Source: an uncultured archaeon (GTDB lineage: Archaea; Asgardarchaeota; Heimdallarchaeia; Heimdallarchaeales; Heimdallarchaeaceae). From it: 19,489 nt of DNA. Position 1 is the first letter of the stretch, and every line of letters starts with the position of its first letter. A program made the position numbers and the translations under genes. This document shows positions 1-8,083 of the stretch, one piece after another. Below the pieces are notes generated by a model. That model saw only the letters and a program-made list of their open reading frames with translations, did no database searches and had not been told where the DNA came from. Location of the stretch: assembly GCA_964534625.1 (NCBI GenBank), contig CAZHRF010000043.1, positions 1 through 19,489 of the forward strand, in the 5' to 3' direction.

Positions 1-774
1 AAATTCATTTGTTATTTGTATATCGAATACTGAATCAATATTTTTGATTTTTTTTTCTCCTTCTATTTTTTTGAATATTTTTACTAAACTCACTCCAGGT
101 TTTATTACTGTTGTATTTGGTTGTAATCTATGTTTTGCGAATTTATATAATCCTAGATATCCCATTCTTCCTTCTGAGTCTGGTAATGTTCCGTACATTT
201 TCTTATTTATTGTTGTTTCTGGTTTCTTTAATACTTCTTTTATCAATTCTTTTTTTTCTTCATCTTCATCTTCTATTTTTTTTATCAAGTTATTTAGTGC
301 ATTTCTACTTCTATTATATCTTGATGAACTTTTATAATGTATTTCTTCTGATGAGCTAATTGTTAGTAGTATAAAGGGGTTAGTCCATCTCACATATTGT
401 TTTAGATCCCATTTCAATTTTGACAAGTAAATGTTTGAATATATCATGTTCGTATCTAGACCTAATGCGGGTAGTTTATTTCTGTTTTTACAACTTTTGT
501 ATTTGGCTCTCATTTTTTTAATTATCTCGCTGTCCCTATCAGTTTTTCCTTCTTCATAAGGTAGTACTCCTTCTCCATATAATATGTCTCTTTGTATTCT
601 TTTTCTTAAGCCTTCAATTTTCAGTTTCCCCTTTGTATATTTTAAATTGAACTCTTCTGAACTTCTTTCTTCCATTCCTCTTATGTTTATCTCTTTCTCT
701 CCCAGAAATCTATCGTAAAACTCACTAAACCTATATATCTCCTCTTTTTTGTTATTTTTCTTATTCTCTTTCAT
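1..774 (-). CDS. PIN-domain protein (putative ribonuclease/toxin); 3' end runs off the window; not in the supplied ORF track
   Basis: Hand translation from ATG at 774 gives 258 open codons to base 1: MKENKKNNKKEEIYRFSEF...KLPALGLDTNMIYSN...ILLTISSSEEIHYK...EGRMGYLGL...IDSVFDIQITNEF. It has the PIN-like hhhDTN motif, a later conserved-type Glu (EEI) and a probable third Asp. The start overlaps the last 14 nt of the CARF gene. Confidence 0.75.
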   Translation of the reverse strand, partial: MKENKKNNKKEEIYRFSEFYDRFLGEKEINIRGMEERSSEEFNLKYTKGKLKIEGLRKRIQRDILYGEGVLPYEEGKTDRDSEIIKKMRAKYKSCKNRNKLPALGLDTNMIYSNIYLSKLKWDLKQYVRWTNPFILLTISSSEEIHYKSSSRYNRSRNALNNLIKKIEDEDEEKKELIKEVLKKPETTINKKMYGTLPDSEGRMGYLGLYKFAKHRLQPNTTVIKPGVSLVKIFKKIEGEKKIKNIDSVFDIQITNEF

Positions 775-1312
775 TTATCCACTTCCTTAATTCATTTATC
801 TTCCACTTTTTTATTTCATATTCATCTGAAAATAGTTCTGGTGCTTTTTTAGAGGTATTTTTTGCAAAATCCTTCAATAGATAATATCTCACTTCAACTT
901 TGGCTTTTTCTATTATTTGTTGATCTTTTAATAGTGCCAATAGTAACCCTGCTGACATTGCTTTTCTTCCCCCTGTTATATCCAACACTATTTTTGTATA
1001 CTTTTCTGTGTCTCCTCTTTTTTTGAAATAATTGTGGATTTTTTTAGCTATTTCGAGGATATTTATTTCTGATACTATCAAGTTTTCCGTTCTTTTAGGT
1101 AATTTGAGCCATTTACTCAACTTGTATTCTTCTTTGTATTCTTTTAGCAGATTTACTATTACCTTTCCCTCTAATTCTGTTGTTTCTGTTTTTATGAATA
1201 ATACGGAATATGATGCTATCTCATCCCTACCTTCTTTTATGTTATAATATATAGAATTTGCCACAGCTAGTGGTGTTATTCCCACTAACGATATATACAG
1301 TAACTCGTGCAT
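761..1312 (-). CDS. Stand-alone CARF (CRISPR-associated Rossmann fold) domain protein
   Basis: N-terminal YISLVGITPLAV fits CARF motif I and IVLDITGGRKAMS fits CARF motif II (DxTGGRK). At 183 aa it has no room for a fused HTH/HEPN effector. Confidence 0.85.
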   Translation of the reverse strand: MHELLYISLVGITPLAVANSIYYNIKEGRDEIASYSVLFIKTETTELEGKVIVNLLKEYKEEYKLSKWLKLPKRTENLIVSEINILEIAKKIHNYFKKRGDTEKYTKIVLDITGGRKAMSAGLLLALLKDQQIIEKAKVEVRYYLLKDFAKNTSKKAPELFSDEYEIKKWKINELRKWINERE

Positions 1313-1317
1313 GGTAC

Positions 1318-1342
1318 ATAGTATGGTACTATTTTAAAAAAA
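1318..1342 (-). promoter_or_regulatory. Putative TATA box and palindromic operator of the CARF-PIN pair
   Basis: Minus-strand TTTAAAAT at 1338-1331 lies about 20-26 nt before the ATG at 1312. A perfect inverted repeat ATAGTA-tgg-TACTAT (1318-1332) sits between the TATA box and the start. Confidence 0.4.
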
Positions 1343-1402
1343 GTTATGCCCTATATTTATCCTTTTTACCATAATTTCGTTTTCTACAAGTTATTATTTA
1401 AT

Positions 1403-2893
1403 TTATTCCTTTACAAAATCTTTTCTCTCAAACTTCCATCTTTTGAATAATGTATCATATTTTTCTTCTGGGAGTAACCATCGGGGACTATAAAGATCAC
1501 TTAAGGGAATGATACTTATGATTTTTTCTCCCCATAGTGTGTATAGTGCATCTACTAACCCCACTAATTCTTTTTCAGGTACGCGTATAACAAAATTTAT
1601 TCCATCTATTGTTGAAGCTGTAACTGGTATACTATGCACTTCAGGAAGTATGCTAAGCCTTCTATGTATCGCTTCTTGGTTTTCTTTTTCTTCTTGTAAA
1701 TTCACCATTATGCTAATCAATCCAAATATATTCACAGGTACCACTATTTGCGTATATACTTGATTTTCTTGTAAATAATCGATATATTTTCTCATTTCAT
1801 ATTCGGTTAATCTATTCTCTAATTTTTTTTGTATTTTAGCCATAGATTTAATATTATGCCCTAGCATATGGTTAAGAATTTTTATTCCATCTCGATCTAT
1901 TTTAAGTTTAATGTTATCAAAATTAGTAAACTTTCTGAGTATCCTATTTTTTGACTTCTCCTTAGGTTTTAGCAAATAGTTCGTAAACAAGTCATGAGCT
2001 GTTAGGTTCCATGTCCGTGCTTTCCCATTATATCGTGAGTAATTATATGAAGATAGGCTATTAGTATGGTCACTAATCATTATTTTTGATTCTAGTATAT
2101 CCACTTTTTCTGATAATTTTTTTACCAGTTCTTCAATATATTCTATTACTTTTTCGTCATTTGGAATGATATAATTTATTATGCTTGTTTCTATATTCAT
2201 TTTTCCTCTGTACATACTTCTAAAATATGGTGAAAAGGCTACTTGGGAGTATATTTCTTCTTTCTTTTTTTGTTTATGAGTTATATACACACTCAAATAT
2301 TGGAGATTTAGTTTTGTTAAATTAATTTTTACTCCTTGGAAAAGCACTCCTTTTTTCATCACTTTACGTATATATTTACTTACATTACTCACATGCATAT
2401 CTATTCCATCGATTACATCTTGTGGTTTTTTGCTTTGATGTTGAATCATTGCTGAGAAAATATCTGATTCCCTGGGGTTGAGATACGGAAAACTATTCCT
2501 TAGAAGGTTCTTAAATAGAGGAATGAACAACTCTTTTTTTTGTAAATCAGGAAATTGGGTTATTTTTCCTAGCAGGTCTAAAAATATTTTTTCTATTCCT
2601 TTTGAGCTCAAGAAGGGTGAATAATAATCTGGAACAACATATATAAACCCTTGATAGTGCATTTTTTTCCATTCTGCTGTGTCATACCAAAACTCCCACC
2701 ATTCTTCTCGTCTTTTTTTACTCTTATTTTGTATCTTGTAATCAACAAGAAAACAAGCTATATCCCATGCTCTTGAACCAAGTTTTATTTTATATTCACT
2801 CACTAATTTGTTAAAGTAGTCATAATGTTTATCCAAGATCTCTGCAGCTTTTTGCATCTTCTTTGCTAGTAATGGAGTATCGTGAGTGTGCAT
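1403..2893 (-). CDS. Tandem Lrp/AsnC-like winged-helix protein (N-terminal extra domain plus two wHTH/RAM-like modules)
   Basis: First module: LNPRESDIFSAM...VSNVSKYIRKVMKKGVL...INLTKLNL. Second module: IDRDGIKILNHM...EYEMRKYIDYLQENQV...VNIFGL. Each is followed by an alpha/beta Lrp C-terminal-like segment. About 135 aa at the N-terminus are unassigned. Confidence 0.65.
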   Translation of the reverse strand: MHTHDTPLLAKKMQKAAEILDKHYDYFNKLVSEYKIKLGSRAWDIACFLVDYKIQNKSKKRREEWWEFWYDTAEWKKMHYQGFIYVVPDYYSPFLSSKGIEKIFLDLLGKITQFPDLQKKELFIPLFKNLLRNSFPYLNPRESDIFSAMIQHQSKKPQDVIDGIDMHVSNVSKYIRKVMKKGVLFQGVKINLTKLNLQYLSVYITHKQKKKEEIYSQVAFSPYFRSMYRGKMNIETSIINYIIPNDEKVIEYIEELVKKLSEKVDILESKIMISDHTNSLSSYNYSRYNGKARTWNLTAHDLFTNYLLKPKEKSKNRILRKFTNFDNIKLKIDRDGIKILNHMLGHNIKSMAKIQKKLENRLTEYEMRKYIDYLQENQVYTQIVVPVNIFGLISIMVNLQEEKENQEAIHRRLSILPEVHSIPVTASTIDGINFVIRVPEKELVGLVDALYTLWGEKIISIIPLSDLYSPRWLLPEEKYDTLFKRWKFERKDFVKE

Positions 2894-2930
2894 AAGTTGA
2901 TTGTTATAAGTGGTTATTTTATTTTAACTT

Positions 2931-3097
2931 TTATACTGTGGCCAACTGAGGAACGAAAAACTAGAAAATCTTACCATTAGTCCGCTAGTCGTTGTAGAAT
3001 AGAATATTAAGACATACCTTAGCCTGTTGTTCTGAGGATTGAAACTCTACTAAAGTCTACCATAGCCCGCTTAATACGTGTAGAGCAAAAAGAAAGC
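2931..3097. repeat. Degenerate 86-bp tandem duplication containing a sub-motif with 43-bp period
   Basis: CTGAGGAnnGAAAnnCTA occurs at 2946 and 3032 (86 apart). The sub-motif occurs at 2972 (taccattagtccgct), 3015 (taccttagcctgtt) and 3058 (taccatagcccgct). A further copy, cacttagcccgc, lies at 3295-3306. Confidence 0.6.
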
Positions 3098-3360
3098 ATT
3101 AATTCAATTAGTGAAAGAACCAACAAGAAAACAAACGAGTGAATACAACAGGTATGTAAACCTTAATCGCCTTGATCCTTTTTGTGCGGATCTTGGTCAC
3201 AAAATATTTGACAAGTTTCTATAGTCGTTTCTGGTTTCTATATATGAAGTGCCTGTCCACAGTCCAGGCCTTCAGCTGAAGTTGGCTTCAGTCACACTTA
3301 GCCCGCCTCTAGTAAGGTTGGTAAGAGCTATAGACATGTGTGGTAATCTTTTCTTCTTTT
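2960..3360 (+). ncRNA. Candidate structured non-coding RNA (family unassigned; strand tentative)
   Basis: No ORF of 60 aa or more; GC-richer than its surroundings (49 G+C in 3241-3340 by hand count). Multiple stems, several with G-U pairs on the + strand. TTTTATA lies at about 2929-2935 upstream and a U-rich tract at 3347-3360 downstream. Confidence 0.4.
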
Positions 3361-3446
3361 GAAGAGCAAATTATTGGTGCTTAGGGGAGGGAAATTCTTC
3401 TTCCTTGTTTCTGTTATTCTTTCACAAACTTATCTCCTATCTATTG

Positions 3447-3466
3447 CTTTCTTTCTTTCTTTCTTT
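3447..3466 (+). repeat. (CTTT)5 pyrimidine microsatellite
   Basis: ctttctttctttctttcttt read directly from the sequence. Confidence 0.7.
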
Positions 3467-3728
3467 TTATTATGTAGTTACCTATTGAAAAAAGAAAAAG
3501 ACATTTTTTCCATCCATCTTTTGTGTTTAGATAGAGTTTAAGGGACGTAATAGTTTATTATATCTTTTTTTCTACTCTTTAGATCTAGTCATTCTCCTTC
3601 CATTACTGACAAACTTTCTCATATAGCCTATTTAAATGGCATAGAATAAATTGTTCTCTTTTTTTTACTATTTTACGAGAAAAAAATATTCCTTATAATA
3701 AATGTAGAACATTATTATTTATTGATTA

Positions 3729-4157
3729 ATGATGAACGAATATTCTTGTTTAGCAAATATTTCAAAAGCAAACGAATATGATTCCTTAATACATTCGCTC
3801 ACTACAACTTTTTCTTCTGTTACATCTATTTTATTGGAAATCTATAAAACCTGTAACACTATCCTTGTGGAACATAATGACCTTTTAGCTTTTGAAGATC
3901 TTTTTTCCTCTATTGGTGTTGATAAAAATAGTTCTAGGATGACATTGTTTTATTATAGTTTGCTTGACTTTTACTTCCCTTTTCAGGATCAATTTAGAAA
4001 TGATCTTAAAACAGCTATAATAGCGCTAAGTGGAGTTGACAAAGAAAAATTTCACAAAGCCGAGAAAATAATAGTCACAAGAATTGATCAATTACGTGAA
4101 CATCATCTTCAGAATGGGAATAGTATTAAAAACTCTATAAAAAAGTTCAGAAAATAA
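3729..4157 (+). CDS. Hypothetical protein (142 aa, probably helical)
   Basis: Non-overlapping ATG ORF with protein-like composition and an AT-rich TATA-like sequence upstream; no recognisable motif. Confidence 0.6.
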   Translation: MMNEYSCLANISKANEYDSLIHSLTTTFSSVTSILLEIYKTCNTILVEHNDLLAFEDLFSSIGVDKNSSRMTLFYYSLLDFYFPFQDQFRNDLKTAIIALSGVDKEKFHKAEKIIVTRIDQLREHHLQNGNSIKNSIKKFRK

Positions 4158-4252
4158 CTTATCTAGATCTAGTTAGTGTTTCACTAGTTACGTAGGAAAT
4201 ATACGTTCTTAATCGTTACACTCTTTAATTTGCATTTCTTCGGAAGTACTAT
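4143..4252 (+). mobile_element. MITE-like interspersed element, copy 1 (left end degenerate)
   Basis: 4171-4251 aligns with the reverse complement of 9823-9905. For example, aatcgttacactctttaattt (4211-4231) matches 20/21 to the reverse complement of 9844-9864. The right end TTCGGAAGTACTAT (4239-4252) is identical to 9918-9931. Confidence 0.5.
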
Positions 4253-4270
4253 TTTACCTTCTTTTTTCCT

Positions 4271-6157
4271 TTATTTTTTCACTTTATCGAGTTCTATAAT
4301 GAATTGTACTCCCCCTAATTCTGATTCATTCACTGTTATAGTACCGTTGTAAGATTCAATTAGCATTTTTGTTAGATAGAGCCCCAATCCCAATCCTTTA
4401 GACTCTTTACGTTTATAACCTTCAGTAAACAGTTTATTTTTATTCAGATCTTTTATTCCTATCCCATCGTCTTCTATAGTTAGTTTCACTTTTTCTTGAC
4501 TATTTTTTTCTGATATTCGTATTAGCGAACATTTAGCATGTTGAATGGCATTTGAGACTATATTCAATAGGGCATCTTGTAACAGACTATTTGCATATAC
4601 TTCGCCTGTGATGGTACTGTTTACTTCTAGTTGTATCTTTTTTCGTTTTAATTGTTCTTTTAGTTCTTGTGTAAGATTTTCTATAATAGGTTTAATTTTT
4701 ATAGGCTCTAATTTTTTTTCTTTTCTGTAGGTTATTTTTCTTATAGTATTGATCCTAGTCAGCAGTTCAAGGCTTTCTTCCGTCTGTTGTTCAGCTTTTT
4801 TCTTATATTGTTTTTCTTCTTCTGTTAGCGAATGATTTTTCATTAATTCGAGATATCCCATTACAATGTTCAATTTGTTTCTTAATTCATGGTTAAGCAA
4901 TAAGGAGAGCAGATATTCATTTTGTTGTTCCCATTTTGTTTTTGAAATATCTGTTACAATCCCTATAATATTCAAAGCAGTATGTCCTTTGATTTTTTCT
5001 TCATATGTAACTAATTTACCTTTAATGCTAAACCATCTGTATTCATTATCTCCACACAATATTCTACATTCAGTTTGGAAGTTTTTGTTATTATCTTCAA
5101 TATGCAAGGTGATGTCTTGTTTTACCCGATCAAAATCTTCAGGGTGGATGATATTTATACATTCTTGCACTGAAATATATGAATCATTGTTTTCTTCTGG
5201 GAGTTTGAGAATCTTTTTTGCTCCATCTGAGAGATAAATGGTGTTTTGTTCAAGATCCAGGTCCCACACACCTAGTTGTCCTCCCTTTATAGCCAAGTCA
5301 AATCGTTGTTGTTGCTCGTATAGTTTTTTTTCTATTTCCACTATTGGGGTTATGTCTCGTACAAATTCAACTATTCCTGTTACTTCTCCTGTTTCTTTAT
5401 TAATCATTGGATAACTGAATAATTCTATCCATTGAGCCTTTGAACCTTTTATCCCTTTTACTATTGCCCTTTCCGTCTTTTTTGTTTTGATAGCGTTGAT
5501 TGATGGGCAGTTTAAACAAATATCCCCTCTATTATGATACGCTTCATAACAATATTTACCTTCTAATGGCTGATTCTTTTCATACCATTTTTTCATTACT
5601 TCATTGACTTTTCTTATTTTCAGGTTCTTATCAAGTACACTTATTCCATCTTGTATGGTTTCAAATACATCGTTTATGAATCTATTTTGTTTGTTTAATT
5701 TTTCATACAGGTCTTTTTTTTCTTTCCTTGTTCTATACTCTTCTATTTGTTTTCTTGCAATTTTTTCTAATAATTCAAACTGATGTTTTGCATCAGCTCT
5801 TTTTTCCATGTAATACTCGGCTCCCAAGTTTAAAGCCTTTACAGCTACTTCCTCTCTGTTTTTTTCTGTTAGAATTATAAATGGTAGGTCGTATTGTTCT
5901 CTAATCTGTTGGAGTGACTCTATCTCATTTTTTTCAATTATTCGGTAATCTGAAACCACCAGATCAAATTTTGTTGCTTCTTTTCCTAATTCATTAAAAG
6001 CTTCTTTTAGTGATGTGAATGTTTTTATCTCTATCTCTGAATTTTTTTCTCCCAAGTAATATTCTGCTAATTCTAGGAAATCTTTTTGATCATCTACAAA
6101 CAAAATATTGACTTTCTCCTCAATTTTTTCATTTGTGGTTTCAGATATATTTCCCAT
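4271..6157 (-). CDS. Hybrid sensor histidine kinase (REC-PAS-PAS/PAC-HisKA-HATPase)
   Basis: REC motifs ILFVDD, LVVSDY and YYMEK; two PAS/PAC regions (GISVLD..., IHPED...ECRI...YRW); H-box NHELRNKL; N-box LLNIVSNAIQH; G1 IEDDGIGI; G2 GLGLGLY. Confidence 0.93.
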   Translation of the reverse strand: MGNISETTNEKIEEKVNILFVDDQKDFLELAEYYLGEKNSEIEIKTFTSLKEAFNELGKEATKFDLVVSDYRIIEKNEIESLQQIREQYDLPFIILTEKNREEVAVKALNLGAEYYMEKRADAKHQFELLEKIARKQIEEYRTRKEKKDLYEKLNKQNRFINDVFETIQDGISVLDKNLKIRKVNEVMKKWYEKNQPLEGKYCYEAYHNRGDICLNCPSINAIKTKKTERAIVKGIKGSKAQWIELFSYPMINKETGEVTGIVEFVRDITPIVEIEKKLYEQQQRFDLAIKGGQLGVWDLDLEQNTIYLSDGAKKILKLPEENNDSYISVQECINIIHPEDFDRVKQDITLHIEDNNKNFQTECRILCGDNEYRWFSIKGKLVTYEEKIKGHTALNIIGIVTDISKTKWEQQNEYLLSLLLNHELRNKLNIVMGYLELMKNHSLTEEEKQYKKKAEQQTEESLELLTRINTIRKITYRKEKKLEPIKIKPIIENLTQELKEQLKRKKIQLEVNSTITGEVYANSLLQDALLNIVSNAIQHAKCSLIRISEKNSQEKVKLTIEDDGIGIKDLNKNKLFTEGYKRKESKGLGLGLYLTKMLIESYNGTITVNESELGGVQFIIELDKVKK

Positions 6158-6511
6158 ACTTGTTCCTCAGATGATTCACCAAATATACTTTATAATCTTT
6201 TTCCTTTTTTAACCTAAAAAACAATTGTTTCTTTGGTATGATAATAAATTATTCTCTTGATAAAAAAATCGGTCTAACAACAATCATCCTCTCTCCCCCC
6301 GAGATAAAACAGATTTCTTGATTGTTTTGTTTTTAAAATATAAGCCTTAATGTTATCTTACTTAAGAACAAATAATTATCAAAAAACTATTGATGCTCAC
6401 GGATGATCTATTATTGTGGAATCAGATGATTCTCTTACCAGTTTTCTACTCGCTTAAAGTATTAGTAACACTATAAAGGTCAAAATCTTACCAAAAATCA
6501 AGACAAAAAAA

Positions 6512-7879
6512 TTATTTTATGTATATTGTTTTTACATTGACAAATTCCTTTATTCCATAGTGAGATAGTTCTCTGCCATAGCCACTTGTTTTTATTCCAC
6601 CAAAAGGTAATCTAGGATCTGATCTTACATATGCATTTACAAAAACATTTCCTGCTTGTACTTCTTCTCTGGCCAATTTTTCTGCTTTCTCTATATTTTC
6701 TGAAAATACCGCTGCTCCTAGTCCAAACTTTGAATCATTGGCTATTTTTATTGCTTCTTCTTCGTTTTCAGCTCGTATGATACTTGCTACAGGTCCAAAT
6801 AGTTCTTCGTCATATGCTGGCATCCCTTTTTTCACATTAACTAAAACAGTAGGGGGATAATACGCTCCCTTTTCTTCAGGTATTTTTCCTCCTAATAGCA
6901 GTTCAGCTCCTTTTTCAATGCTTTCTGTTACCTGTCTATGAAGGTCATCTCTCAAATCCTTTCTTGCTTGTGGTCCTACATTTGTCATTGGGTCTAGTGG
7001 ATCACCCATTTTCATTGTTTTCATGTATTCTACAAATTTTTCTTTAAACTTTTCATATTTTGATTCTACGACAATAAACCTTTTTGCTGCTATACAACTT
7101 TGTCCTGCATTAATTAATCTTGAATTTACACATGTCATCACTGCTTCTTCATTCTTCGCATCTTCAAGTATTATATAGGGATCATTTCCGCCTAATTCTA
7201 GTACGGTTTTTTTGAGCATTTCCCCTGCTTTAGACGCAACAGCTTTTCCTGCTGGTGTGCTTCCTGTTAAAGTTACTGCTTTAACTATTGGATTCTCTAT
7301 AATTTTGTCAACTTTACTACTGCCTACTAAGAGTGTTCTAAATGCATTTTCAGGGAATCCAGCTTCTTTAAATACTGCTTCTATTGCAAGAGCTGAACCT
7401 GGAACATTTGAAGCGTGTTTTAGTACGCCTATGTTTCCTGCCATTAGAGATGGGGCGGCGAATCTAAAAACCTGCCAGAAAGGAAAATTCCAAGGCATAA
7501 CTGCAAGGACTACCCCCAAAGGTTGGAAAGCCACATAACTTTTAGAAGCATCGGTTTCTACTATCTCAGGTTCAAGCATTTTTTCAGCGTTGTCAGCATA
7601 ATAATCACATACCCATGCACATTTTTCCACTTCTGCTATGCCATCACGTAAAAGTTTCCCCATCTCTTGAGTCATAATGGTGGCATATTTCTCTTTATTT
7701 TCTCTAAGAATTGTTGCTGCTTTTTTCATCAGTTCAGCACGGTGAGCAAAAGGCGTCTTTCGCCATGTATTAAATTCTTGATCTGCTTTACGAAGTATAT
7801 CTTCTACTTCTTTTATAGTCATTTCATCATATTCTTTTATTTTCAATCCCGTCGCGGGATTAATTACTTCCATCGTCAT
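6512..7879 (-). CDS. gabD: NAD(P)-dependent succinate-semialdehyde dehydrogenase (Sad/GabD1-type ALDH)
   Basis: Motifs INPATG, VLAVMPWNFPFWQVFRFAAP, LKHASNVP, TLTGS, catalytic ELGGNDP and NAGQSCIAAKR, EELFGP, PFGGIKTSGYGRE. The start is placed at 7879, which has a GGAGA SD just upstream, rather than 7897. Confidence 0.9.
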   Translation of the reverse strand: MTMEVINPATGLKIKEYDEMTIKEVEDILRKADQEFNTWRKTPFAHRAELMKKAATILRENKEKYATIMTQEMGKLLRDGIAEVEKCAWVCDYYADNAEKMLEPEIVETDASKSYVAFQPLGVVLAVMPWNFPFWQVFRFAAPSLMAGNIGVLKHASNVPGSALAIEAVFKEAGFPENAFRTLLVGSSKVDKIIENPIVKAVTLTGSTPAGKAVASKAGEMLKKTVLELGGNDPYIILEDAKNEEAVMTCVNSRLINAGQSCIAAKRFIVVESKYEKFKEKFVEYMKTMKMGDPLDPMTNVGPQARKDLRDDLHRQVTESIEKGAELLLGGKIPEEKGAYYPPTVLVNVKKGMPAYDEELFGPVASIIRAENEEEAIKIANDSKFGLGAAVFSENIEKAEKLAREEVQAGNVFVNAYVRSDPRLPFGGIKTSGYGRELSHYGIKEFVNVKTIYIK

Positions 7880-8083
7880 TTTAATATCTCCAAACATCTA
7901 ATAGATGTGAATAATGCTTAATAACTATATGGATTTCACAAAAAGGAAAAAAGAGGAAATAAAGTAATAAAGTAGACAAAAATAACCTTCTTAGTAGACG
8001 ACAATTAATAAAAAACTACAAGATAAGATAGAAAAGTAAGAAAAAGGAAGGAAATACTTATTTTAATAGATCATGTAAATATA

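Noticed and set aside
44-359. Plus-strand ORFs 44-337 and 111-359
   Set aside because: Phe/Leu/Ser-rich antisense shadows of the real minus-strand PIN gene (1-774).
2946-3045. Hammerhead ribozyme cores (CTGAGGA..GAAA, twice)
   Set aside because: Only 2 nt separate CUGANGA and GAAA, so stem II cannot form, and no convincing stems I/III are present.
2931-3100. Canonical CRISPR array
   Set aside because: Only one good ATTGAAAC-ending repeat is present. The period is 86 bp and the would-be spacers resemble each other.
3295-3400. RNase P RNA or SRP RNA
   Set aside because: Minus-strand AGAGGCGGGCTAA and GAAGAATTTCCCTCC faintly resemble RNase P conserved regions but are only about 80 nt apart. 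No SRP helix 8 motif is present.
3359-3541. 60-aa plus-strand ORF
   Set aside because: TTG start and low-complexity pyrimidine-rich sequence; probably spurious.
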